From NCBI GenBank assembly GCA_028826165.1, contig JAPDFW010000125.1, positions 124,001 through 188,000 of the forward strand: a DNA stretch of 64,000 nt. The letters run 5' to 3'. This stretch comes from Anaeramoeba ignava BMAN. Lineage: Eukaryota; Protista; Anaeramoebae. The position numbers and the translations under genes are program-made. Positions 13,625 through 25,741 of this stretch are shown in pieces; position 1 is the first letter of the stretch, and the number at the start of each line of letters is the position of its first letter. Below the pieces are notes generated by a model. The model saw only the letters and a list, made by a program, of their open reading frames with translations, was not told where the DNA came from and ran no database searches.

Positions 13625-16600
13625 TTAAAAAAGATGTAAATCCATTGAAAAAGAAATTGGATATGTTGGATCTTGTTCTGTAATTTTAATTGGAGTTGTG
13701 TAATTTACTTCAATTCTATTTGAACCTATTCCAAATGCAAGTCCAACACCAACAATTGTTTTTCTTTTATCAAAAGCTCTTTGGATTGTTTCCAAATAAT
13801 TAGAATCTAAAGCAAATAAATTTTAATATTAATTTTTATTTTTAATTTTTAATTTTATTTTAATTTTAATTTTGAATTTTAATTTTAAATGAATTTAAAT
13901 TTTAATTAAATTTTTACCTAAATTAGAATGAGAAACTAAATTTCCTGAACTTGCAAAAAATTGTAAATTACAAGGAAAATTAAAAGGGAATTTAAGAGAA
14001 ACCATTCCAGTTAATAAACCATATAAATCACCACCTAAAATATCGAATTTATGATGATTTGGATTCAAAAAGTCTCGAATAAATTTTGGATAATCTTTAA
14101 AAAGATCATATCCAGCCATTGTATCATCTTCATTTTCTTCTCTTTCTGGTTTTTTGATTTTTTTTCCTAAAGAATGTTCATGAATTCCACGAAATGGTGT
14201 AAATCCTCCAAAAAATAATTTATCATTTATTCCTATTTTCTCATCTACTTTTGTTGGTATAATAACTCCAAAATGTGAAAGTAAATGGAAATTAAGTAAG
14301 TTTTTAATAATTGGAAAATGTAATTGTCCTTGAAATTTAGATTTTAAAAAATGAACATTTCCTCCAAGAAGTCCTGCAACTTCCTAAATAAATTAATATT
14401 AATATTAAAATTAAAATAAAAATCAATATTAAATTTAAAATTTAAATAAATATTAAAATTAAAATTAAAATTAAAATTAAAATCAATATTAAAATTAAAA
14501 TTAATATTAAAATTAAAATTAAAATTAAAATTAAAATTAAAATTAAAATTAAAATAAAAATCAATATTAAAATTTAAATTAAAATTAAAATTAAAATTTA
14601 AATAAAAATCAAAATTAAAATTTAAATTAATATTAAAATTAAAATTAAAATTAATATTAAAATTAAAATTAAAATTAATATTAAAATTTAAATTTAAATC
14701 TACATTTTGACTTTTTAAAAAAATTCCTTGAGTAGGAAAAGTTAAAGAATCTCTTTTATCAAGAACAGATTCATGAGATAAACTCAATTTAAAAGAATGT
14801 TTTGCTTGTTTTCTAACTTTCCAACTTGCTTTTTCATCAACAATAACGTCACTAAAATCCGAAGAGATTGAAAAGAAATGAAGAGGTTTTTTAGAACCAA
14901 GACCTCTTTCATGAATAAGTTCTGTGATAGCAGGATTAAAGATATCATTGCATATTTCAAATTTAGCTCCAGTTACTTTCTGTTGAAAAGAAGATAATGA
15001 ATATGGAATTTTATTGTGATAGGCAAGAAAATGAACACTTGAGTTTTTGTGTCCAAATTTGTTTAGAAATGGTTTGGAATAATTGGCTTGGATCAATCTA
15101 CTTTCCATTCCAAAACCAATAATAATACCTGCATTTTCCGCTTTTCCAAATATGTTTTTAGCAGCCACTAAACCACCCTAATTTGCATCATTTTTAATCC
15201 AAATTATTTTTGATTAATATTTTCTTCTTGGGCTTGGTTTAATAAAATTGTTTCAGTTTTTTTTGTTTTTTTTATTAATTACCAATCCAACATCTCCATT
15301 AACTGAAATTAATTTGATTTTTGCTTGTTCACTTGCTCCTTCACGAACAGAAACATTTAATACTGGTTTCTTTGGTTCAGGGCATGTTTTTATATTTTTT
15401 GAATCGAATTCAATTTTAATTTCATCAAAAATTCCAAGTTTTTGTAATTCCTAATTTTCATTTATTTATTAATTTATTTATAAATTTATTTATTAAATTA
15501 TTTATTAAATTATTTATTAATTTATTTATTTATTTATTTATTAAATTATTAATTTATTAATTTATTTATTAATTTATTTATTAATTTATTTATTAATTTA
15601 TTTATTAATTTATTTATTAATTTATTTATTAATTTATTTATTAATTTATTTATTAATTTATTTATTAATTTATTTATTAATTTATTTATTAATTTATTTA
15701 TTAATTTATTTATTAATTTATTTATTAATTTATTTATTAATTTATTTATTAAATTATTTATTAATTTATTTATTAATTTATTTATTAATTTATTTATTAA
15801 TTTATTTATTAAATTATTTATTAATTTATTTATTAATTAATTTATTTATTAATTTATTTATTAATTTTAAATTATTTATTAAATTATTTATTAATTTATT
15901 TATTAATTTATTTATTTTATTAAATTTATTTATTTATTAATTTATTTATTAATTTATTTATTAAATTATTTATTAAATTATTTATTAATTTATTTATTAA
16001 TTTATTTATTAATATATTTATTAATTTATTAATTTATTTATTTATTAATTTATTAATTTATTTATTAATTTATTTATTAATTTATTTATTTATTTATTAA
16101 TTTATTTATTTATTTTATTTATTTAATTTATTTATTAATTTATTTATTAATTTATTTATTAATTTATTTATTAATTAATTTATTAATTTATTAAATTATT
16201 TATTTATTAATTTATTTATTAATTTATTTATTTATTTATTTATTAAATTTATTTATTAATTTATTTATTAAATTATTTATTTATTTATTTATTAACTTAT
16301 TTATTAATTTATTTATTAATATATTTATTAAATTATTTATTTATTTATTTATTAATTTATTTATTAAATTATTTATTAAATTGTTTATTAATTTATTTAT
16401 TAAATTATTTATTAATTTATTTATTAAATTATTTATTAATAAATTTATTAATATATTTATTAAATTATTTATTAATTTATTTATTAAATTATTTATTAAT
16501 TTATTTATTAATTTATTTATTAATTTATTTATTAAATTATTTATTAATTTATTCCAATTTTTACTTGTAATGCTTGATTAGTTGTTTTAAGTGCTTCTGT

Positions 16601-16723
16601 ATATGTTTTTTGTTGTAAAACTGGTTCTATTTGTGATTCTATAACACTTCTTTTTGTTTTTTTTAACCCAGTAACGTTTACTCCACTTATTTTAAAATTA
16701 GAAGAAGTTGTTTGATTTCCCAT
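13625..16723 (-). CDS. SAM50: Sam50 / Omp85 beta-barrel of a mitochondrion-related organelle; introns 15451..16564, 15178..15282, 14384..14703, 13807..13917
   Basis: MGNQTT start (possible myristoylation), POTRA (VNVTGLKKTKRSVI...LQKLGIF), KNIFGKAE, DKRDSLTFPTQG, DKLFFGG..FRG, VGVGLAF..RIEVNYTTPI and terminal beta strand ISFSMDLHLF. Confidence 0.88.
15451..16564. repeat. Intronic 12-mer satellite (ATTTATTTATTA)n
   Basis: Direct inspection; Sam50 intron 1. Confidence 0.9.
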
Positions 16724-16834
16724 TTTAAAAAAAAAATGTTAAATTATAATTTTTAAAATTAAATGAAAAGGAAAAAAATGAAAAAATGAATTTTAAAAAA
16801 AAGTTTTTTTTTCATTTCATTTTTTTTTTTTAAA

Positions 16835-17730
16835 ATGTTTTATTTTTTCTTTTTTTCCTTTTTTTTTTTTAATTATATTTTTGCAAATTTATGTTATTAT
16901 TCAAATGGAATTGGTCCCTTAGCTGGAAATTGTGAAGGACCAATTCAAAGAATAGAAGCAAAAAGAAAAGATTTTTCAAATATAAATCATGGATGTTCAA
17001 TAGTAAATTAAAAATTAAAAATTAAAAATTAAAATTTAAATTAATTGATCAAATTGATCAAAATTTGATTAAATGAAAATTAATTAAGAATTTTTTCCTT
17101 TTTTAAATTTTTGGTTAATTTTAGGATCAAATGTTTTTTAATTCAGGAAATAATCAAATCAAATGTGGAAATTGTATTCCTGGTTCAAATGGTAATTGGA
17201 GAGTAAATGGAACACCTTCAATTTTTTCACATCTTGTAGTTAAATATCTTGAATCAACACCACAAAACATAATAAAAACAAAAATTGCAAGTATAACTGC
17301 AACATCTCCCTCTGTTTTTTGTAAACTAAACCAATACTGTTCAGAATCTGCTGAATGTGTTGATTTAAAGGATCATCCTCTTTATAATCATTTTTGTGAT
17401 CCAAATATTCAAGATTCTTGTGGATTTGAAGGTTTGCAATGTATTGACAGTAAATGTAAAATTTGCAAAACTATTCGTTCTCATTTCAATGATTTAATTG
17501 TTAGAAATCAAGCAATGCAAACGGTTTGGTGTGTTGCTGGAAGATATACAACTAATAAATGGATTATTATGTTTCAAGATCCTCAAAAATTTTTCTTTTT
17601 TTTACTTGGTTTAATTTATATTTATTTTTTATTAAAATGGATTGGATTTTGGAAATGGATTAAAACAAAAATTCAAAATAGAAAAAAAAGGAAAAATGGT
17701 TATTTTCAATTAAGAACACCAAGTTTTTAA
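16835..17730 (+). CDS. Cys-rich single-pass membrane protein with signal peptide; intron 17003..17124
   Basis: Phe-rich N-terminus, Cys-rich ectodomain, TM FFFFLLGLIYIYFLL, basic tail ending GYFQLRTPSF. Phase-0 intron restores frame. Confidence 0.7.
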
Positions 17731-17918
17731 AAAAATTAAATTTAAAAAAAAATTATTTTTTTATTTTTAGGGAAAATTTTTTTTTTTTAATTAATTTTTA
17801 TTGAAATTTTTATCATTTCAATAAGTAAAAACTGAAAGAAAAAAAAAGCAAAATTTTTTTTTTTGAAATTTTTGAAAAAAAAGAAATTAAAAAATCCAAA
17901 AAAAAAAAAAACAAGTTT

Positions 17919-20056
17919 TTAGCAACACTTTTTTTTGTGTTTTAAATCTGAATTATTTTGATGAGCAATTGTAATATTATCCTTTTTCTTTTGAACAGGA
18001 ACTCGATTTTTTTCTTTTTGTAAAATAGTTGATGCTAATTCATGAAAAGTTTCTTTAATTCCCATATTTTCCTTAGCAGAAGCTTTAAAAATTTTAAGGA
18101 TTTTTGGATGTTTTTCTTGGAAATGTGTGATCTATTTTTATAATTTAAATTTATATTTATTTAAATTTAGATTTATTTAGATTTAGATTTAGATTTAGAT
18201 TTAGATTTAGATTTATATTTATATTTATATTTATATTTATATTTATATTTAGATTTAGATTTATATTTAGATTTATATTTATATTTATATTTATATTTAT
18301 ATTTAGATTTATATTTATATTTATATTTATATTTATATTTATATTTATATTTATATTTATATTTATATTTAAATTTATATTTATATTTATATTTATATTT
18401 TATATTTATATTTTATATTTAAATTTATATTTATATTTATATTTATATTATTTATATTTTGATTTTATATTTATATTTATATTTATATTTATATTTATAT
18501 TTATATTTTTATATTTATATTTATATTTTATATTTATATTTATATTTTTATATTTATATTTATATTTATATTTTATATTTATATTTTATATTTTTATATT
18601 TTATATTTATATTTATATTTATTTTATATTTATATTTAGTTATTTTATATTTATATTTATATTTATATTTACAGATTTATATTTATATTTATATTTATAT
18701 TTATTTTTAGATTTATATTTATTTATATTTTATATTTTATTTTTAGAGATTTATATTTATTTTATTTTTTATATTTATATTTATATTTATATTTATATTT
18801 ATATTTATTTTATATTTTATATTTATATTTATATTTATATTTATATTTATATTTATATTTATATTTTTATATTTAGATTTAGATTTATATTTTATATTTA
18901 TATTTATATTTATATTTAGATTTGAGATTTAGATTTATATTTATTTATATTTATATTTATATTTAGATTTATATTTAGATTTAGATTTATATTTATATTT
19001 ATATTTATATTTATATTTATATTTATATTTATATTTATATTTATATTTAGATTTTTATATTTATATTTATATTTATATTTATATTTTAGATTTATTTTTA
19101 TGTTTATTTTATTTTATATTTATATTTATATTTTTATTTTTAGATTTAGATTTATATTTAGATTTAGATTTAGATTTATATTTAGATTTAGATTTAGATT
19201 TAGATTTATATTTAGATTTAGATTTAGATTTAGATTTAGATTTAGATTTAGATTTAGATTTTGAATTTAAATAAAAATACCTCTTCATCAGTAATAACAA
19301 AAGTGCCTTGATCATTAGCTAAATCATGCTTATTAGAAACCAAAAAAATAATTGCAGAATCAGGAGCTGATTTATAAATTTCTTCAATCCAAAAATCTAA
19401 ACCTTGAAAAGAAGTTTTGCTTGTAATATCAAATACTAAAATAATTCCTGCACAAAAACGAAATAAACTATAGAAAAAAAAATGAGGAAAAAAAAAAGTA
19501 GAAATAAATATGACTTGATTTAGTTAATAATAATAAATAATAAAAAATTAATTAATTAAAATATTCACAAATCTGAAGTTGAACGAAATCTTTCTTGTCC
19601 AGCAGTATCCTAAAATATTAAAAACAATATTATAAATGAATTTGAAATTTAATTTTGAGAAAAAAAATTTTTTTAATAATTTTTTAATTAATTTAAATTT
19701 TTTACTAAAATTTGGAGATTAATTCTAAATCCATCTAAATCATAAATCTTATTACAAATATCAAATCCAATAGTTGATTTTGTATCTAATGAAAAAGTAT
19801 CAGAAACAAATCGAGATATTAAATTACTTTTTCCTACTCCAGCATCACCTTTTAAAATAAGATTTTTTTTTTTAATTTCAATTTAAAATTTTTCAATTAA
19901 ATTTTTCTTTTTGTTTTTGTTTTTACCAATAACAGAAATTTTAAAAAGAAAATCAAATCCTAAATCGTAATCTTCATCCTAAAAAAAAAAAATAATTTAA
20001 TTTGTTAGTTTTAATTTATATTTTTATATTTCTAAATTTTTATATTTTCAAACCAT
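17919..20056 (-). CDS. Rab GTPase (divergent, Rab11-like), 6 coding exons; first coding exon is the ATG only
   Basis: Spliced product has FLFKISVIGDAGVGKSNLISRF, STIGFD, DTAGQERFRS, NKHD, SAK and C-terminal KKKCC. Not present in the ORF track because the exons are short. Confidence 0.88.
18132..19280. repeat. Intronic hexamer satellite (ATTTAT/ATTTAG)n
   Basis: Fills the last Rab intron. Confidence 0.9.
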
Positions 20057-20264
20057 TTAAAAATTTAATAAAAAAAAAAAAAAGGGAAAAAAAAATTTAA
20101 TAAAAAGAAAATGAAAAAAAATGAAAAAAATGAAAATCAAAAAAAATTTTTTTTCTTTACAAATTTAAAAATGAAAAAAAATTAAATGAAAAATTCCTCA
20201 AAAAAAATATAAAATTTAATCTTTTTTTTAAAAAGCAAAAATTTTTTTTTTGAAATAAAAAAGA

Positions 20265-21851
20265 TCATTTTTGTTCAATTCCAATTCCATCAAGTTTCAT
20301 AATATATTTAATTTTAGCAACAATTTCAGCAGCATCATGAGGATTTCTTGCTTCATAATAATTAATCCTTTCATTATTACCGTCTCTAAAAACGATATTA
20401 AAAGCATATTTTTTTTTTTCAAGAACAAAAATATTTTTGACATCAGAAATTAATTTTGAGGGTCTCTTTGTTGTTTTAAAAGTGGAATGTTTAGGGAGGA
20501 TATTATAAATCTTCTCACGATCAATTCCCATTATTCTTGACTGGCGAATTCCGTGTTTGTTTGTTTTGATAACTTGATATTCTTTGTATTGACTAGCAGA
20601 AACGTCAGTAAACATAAAAGAATCTGGTGATTCTTCGTTTGTAAGTCTTGGCACTTGTGCTTGAGACGTCGTGATGTTTTTCAACACCCTCAGATCTTTG
20701 AATAGATCCGGATCGTTGTTCGACTTCAGACTCAGCAGTTTCAGTTGCCCTTCTGGGATTGGCGCTAGTGACTGAAGTGTGGCCTTTCTGTTCAAAGAAA
20801 TTTTTTGGTTTGAATTCACAAACTGAAAACAATAATTGCGCAGATCCGTTCCGAGATGTCTTTTGTTTGCAATCTCTCGCAAAATATTTTCCAAAAGCAT
20901 ATCCGGATTTGCGTGTAAAATGACATATTCATCATTTGGAAGCAAAATTTTCAGGAAAAAATTCCCCTTTGAATTTTCCTTTTTGGCTTGGTCATTTTGT
21001 CCTGTGTTCAAATAGATGTCTCCGAATGATGGCGAATCCAACCTTCTTTGTTTTGCTTGTCCCGATTCCTGATTCGCAGACTTGACAAAACAAAGGGCAA
21101 AAATAGATGATTTGAACTGCGAAATTGCCTTTCCTTTTGCCAGAGCCGGAGAGTCAATCTCACCATCTGAATCCGCTAATCGAAGAATATAGCTGTTTGC
21201 AAGCTTGCTCGGAAGCTGCATTATTGCTGAAAAATTCTGCAGTGAAGATGTAATGACTTGCTCTACTGTGTCCGTTTCAAGAACGTTGATTGTCACTGAC
21301 TTGTTTCTTTCCCATTCAGATATGATTGTCAATGTCAACATACTGGGTCCCATTGATTGCATCTTAAAAGAATATTGAGGTTTCTGTGACAGCGACTTTG
21401 ACAGCGCTGATTTTCGTGTTGTTTTTTTGTCATTTTGACTTGTTTTTCCGTTATTTTTTTCATTATTTTTTTCATTATTTTTTTCATTATTTTTTTCATT
21501 ATTTTTTTCTAATTTGATCGGTTGTCTTTCAAAAAGTTGGTTTTCTTCTTCTCCATGTGTTTTCAAGTTTTCAAAGTGTATTTTTTTCACCGTCTTTGAT
21601 GATCTTGGCTTTTTTTTTTCGCCTGTTTGTTGTTGATTTGTTTGCTTGTTTTTCATTTGCATTTGCACTTGCATTTGTTTTGGTGATGCTAATGAAAGTG
21701 CTTTTTTATGTTGATGAACAGTTTCAATTTTGTTACTTGTTTGAAATGTTATTGGTTCATCATTTGAATATAAATGTTTTCCAAATTGATTTGAGATTTG
21801 TACTGCTTGAATCATTTGCAAAATTTGATCTGAACTTTCACATAAACTCAT
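20265..21851 (-). CDS. SIN1: SIN1/Avo1/RipA TORC2 subunit (CRIM-like, RBD-like, PH)
   Basis: YILRLADSDGEID (CRIM), a ubiquitin-like RBD region, and a C-terminal Sin1 PH domain (YKEYQVIKTNKHGIRQSRIMGIDREKIYN...AAEIVAKIKYI). Intronless. Confidence 0.82.
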   Translation of the reverse strand: MSLCESSDQILQMIQAVQISNQFGKHLYSNDEPITFQTSNKIETVHQHKKALSLASPKQMQVQMQMKNKQTNQQQTGEKKKPRSSKTVKKIHFENLKTHGEEENQLFERQPIKLEKNNEKNNEKNNEKNNEKNNGKTSQNDKKTTRKSALSKSLSQKPQYSFKMQSMGPSMLTLTIISEWERNKSVTINVLETDTVEQVITSSLQNFSAIMQLPSKLANSYILRLADSDGEIDSPALAKGKAISQFKSSIFALCFVKSANQESGQAKQRRLDSPSFGDIYLNTGQNDQAKKENSKGNFFLKILLPNDEYVILHANPDMLLENILREIANKRHLGTDLRNYCFQFVNSNQKISLNRKATLQSLAPIPEGQLKLLSLKSNNDPDLFKDLRVLKNITTSQAQVPRLTNEESPDSFMFTDVSASQYKEYQVIKTNKHGIRQSRIMGIDREKIYNILPKHSTFKTTKRPSKLISDVKNIFVLEKKKYAFNIVFRDGNNERINYYEARNPHDAAEIVAKIKYIMKLDGIGIEQK

Positions 21852-21935
21852 TTTAAATCAAAAAAAAAATGAAAAATGAAAAAATGAAAAAAATTTATTT
21901 TGGATTTTCTTCTCTAAAAAAAAATTTAATAATCT

Positions 21936-21976
<41 letters not shown>

Positions 21977-22004
21977 TATTATTATTTTTAATCTAAATTT
22001 CTTT

Positions 22005-25000
22005 TTAATTTGTAAAAACCAAATTCTTTTTCTTTTTTAAATGAGATGAACGAATTTTCTTAATTTGTTTTTTTGGAACTTCTTTGATTTCTTGTTTTTG
22101 TTCAATTTCTTGATTTTCTTGATTAATTCTTTTCTTAGATTTGTTTTTTTTCTTGTTTTGTTTTTTTGGAATTTCTTTGATTTCTTGTTTAATTTGTTTT
22201 TCAATTTCATCTTCAATTTCATTTTCATTTTCATTTTCATTTTCATTTTCATTTTCATTTTCATTTTCATTTTCATCTTCATCTTCATTTTCATTTTCAT
22301 CTTCATTTTCATCTTCATTTTCATTTTCATTTTCATATTCATTTTCATTTTCATCTTCATTTTCATATTCATTTTGATTTTCATTTTTTTGATTAGTTTC
22401 TAAATCAGAATCAAATTCTTCTGGATTACTTTCTTCACTTAAATCATCAAAATTCTCATTTTCTTCAATTTCTACTAATTCATTTTCATCTTTATATTTT
22501 TGAATTAATTCTTGAATATTTATTTGTTCATTTGAATCATCAAATTTAATATTCTTTTTGTCTAAATTTTTTATTGAATTGTAAATAGGAAGTCCAAGTG
22601 TTTTTGGTGTTTGTATTTGAATTGATTTAATGTTATCCCAATTTCCTGGTATTAATTGAATAATTTTATCTGTTGATTCCATTATATTTTCTACGATGAA
22701 GTTAAAAGGAAAATCTGAATATGCAATTTTTACTCCACTTTTAATATCAAAAAAAATTTAAATTTTTTAATTATAAATTTAATTTTAATTTTAAATTTAA
22801 ATTTAAATTTCAATATTAATTTTAATATTAATTTTGATTTTAATTTTAATATTAATTTTAATTTTAATATTAATTTTAATATTAAATATTAATTTTAATT
22901 TTAATTTTAATTTTAATTATAATTTTAATTTTAATTTTAATTTCATAAATTAATTTTAATTTGAATTTTAATTTTAATATTGATTTTAATATTAATTTTA
23001 ATTTTAATATTAATATTAATTTTAATTTTAATATTAATTTTAATTTTAATATTAATTTTAATTTTAATTTTAATTTTGATTTTAATTTTAATATTAATTT
23101 GAATTTTAATTTTAATTTTAATTTTAATTTTAATTTTAATTTTAATTTTAATTTTAATTTTACATGCATGCTCCTATTGGAATAAATAAATGAACAGAAT
23201 CTCTTGCATTTTCTATATTCTTCTTAATATCTTCTTGGTTTTTTGATTCCAAATCTATTAAAATTGGATGCTTTTTTGCTCGGAAGAAAGTTTTTCCAAT
23301 TAAACCAGGAAGTAAAGATGTAATTTTAGAATCAGCAAAAAACAAATCATAAGTTTTAAGAAGTCTTCTTCTCTGTTCAAATTGATGATATCTTTTCTTC
23401 AACTTATTGATTTGAATAATTTTGACAATTTGAGGAATATTTGCTTGTTTTATTTTTGTCTTAATTATTTTATGAGGATCGTTTCGAATAAAAAAACATA
23501 TTGAAACATTTGTGTATAATGAATGTGGAACTGGACTATTATTTTATAAATTATTTTATTAATTATTTTATTAATTATTTTATAAATTATTTTATTAATT
23601 ATTTTATAAATTATTTTATTAATTATTTTATAAATTATTTTATTAATTATTTTATAAATTATTTTATTAATTATTTTATAAATTATTTTATTAATTATTT
23701 TATAAATTATTTTATTAATTATTTTATAAATTATTTTATTAATTATTTTATTAATTATTTTATTAATTATTTTATTAATTATTTTATTAATTATTTTATT
23801 AATTATTTTATTAATTATTTTATTAATTATTTTATTAATTATTTTATAAATTATTTTATTAATTATTTTTATAAATTATTTTATTAATTATTTTATTAAT
23901 TATTTTATTAATTATTTTTATTAATTATTTTATAAATTATTTTATTAATTATTTTATTAATTATTTTATAAATTATTTTATTAATTATTTTATAAATTAT
24001 TTTATTAATTATTTTATTAATTATTTTATAAATTATTTTATAAATTATTTTATTAATTATTTTTATTAATTATTTTATAAATTATTTTATTAATTATTTT
24101 ATAAATTATTTTATTAATTAATTATTAATTATTTTTATTAATTATTTTATAAATTATTTTATTAATTATTTTATTAATTAATTTATTAATTATTTTATTA
24201 ATTATTTTATTAATTATTTTATTTATTATTTTATTTTATTATTTTTTTTTATTTATTTTATTAATTTTTTTTATTATTTATTTTATATAAATTATTTTAT
24301 AAATTATTTTTTAATTATTTTTTATTAATTATTTTATAAATTATTTTTATTTTTATTTAATTTTTTATTAATTATTTTATTAATTATTTTATTATTTATT
24401 TTATAAATTATTTTATAAATTATTTTATTAATTATTTTTATTAATTATTTTATTAATTATTTTTATTATTTATTTTATAAATTATTTTATTAATTATTTT
24501 TATTAATTATTTTATTAATTATTTTTTATTAATTATTTTATTAATTATTTTATTAATTATTTTATTTATTATTTTATTAATTATTTTTATTAATTTATTT
24601 TATTTTTTATTTTTTATTAAATTTTATTAATTATTTTATTAATTATTTTATTAATTATTTTATTAATTATTTTATAAATTATTTTTTTATTAATTATTTT
24701 ATTAATTATTTTTATTAATTATTTTTTATTATTTATTTTATAAATTATTTTATAAATTATTTTATTAATTATTTTTATTAATTATTTTATTAATTATTTT
24801 ATTATTTATTTTATAAATTATTTTTATTAATTATTTTATTAATTATTTTATTAATTATTTTATTAATTATTTTATTAATTATTTTATTAATTATTTTTTA
24901 TTTATTATTTTATTAATTATTTTATTAATTATTTTATTTATTATTTTATTAATTATTTTATTAATTATTTTATTAATTATTTTATTATTTTAATTTATTA

Positions 25001-25664
25001 ATTATTTTATTAATTATTTTATTTAATTAATTTATTAATTATTATATAAATTATTTTATTAATTATTATATTAATTATTTTTATAAATTATTTTATTAAT
25101 TATTTTATTAATTATTTTATTAATTATTTTTATTAATTATTTTATAAATTATTTTATTAATTATTTTATAAAATGATTTTATTAATTATTTTATTAATTA
25201 TTTTTATTAATTATTTTATAAATTATTTTATTAATTATTTTAATTATTTTATTAATTATTTTTATAAATTATTTTATTAATTATTTTATTAATTATTTTA
25301 TTAATTATTTTATTAATTATTTTATAAATTATTTTATTAATTATTTTATTAATTATTTTATTAATTATTTTATTAATTATTTTATTAATTAATTTATTAA
25401 TTATTTTATTTATTTATTTTATTATTTATTTTATTAATTATTTTATTTATTTATTTTATTATTTATTTTATTAATTATTTTATTAATTTACACTATTTTG
25501 AATTTGTTATCTTTTATATTGGAAATTTTATTAAGATTAAAAAGTAAAATAATTGGTTCAGGATTTTCTGGAATTAAAGACTTTTTTCCTTTGTTTGTTT
25601 TTTTAGGAGTAATTTTAGTTAATTCTTTAATAGCATTTGCAACTTGTTTTTTATTAAATTCCAT
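22005..25664 (-). CDS. RSL1D1: Ribosomal L1 domain-containing protein (RSL1D1/Cic1/Utp30 family); introns 23536..25491, 22738..23163
   Basis: VPVPHSL, RRLLKTYDLFFADSKI..LLPGLIGKTFF..KKHP, IVENI, WDNIKSIQIQT..TLGLPIY, followed by an acidic/basic tail. Confidence 0.88.
23536..25491. repeat. Intronic 12-mer satellite (ATTAATTATTTT)n
   Basis: About 1.95 kb; RSL1D1 intron 1. Confidence 0.9.
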
Positions 25665-25741
25665 TCTATTAAAAAAAATGAAAAAAATGAAAAAAATTTT
25701 TTTTAATTTTTTTTTTTAATTTTTTTTTTTTCATTTTTTTT

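Noticed and set aside
18132-19280. Interstitial telomere repeats (TTAG-containing)
   Set aside because: No G-runs; it is a variant of an AT hexamer inside a Rab intron.
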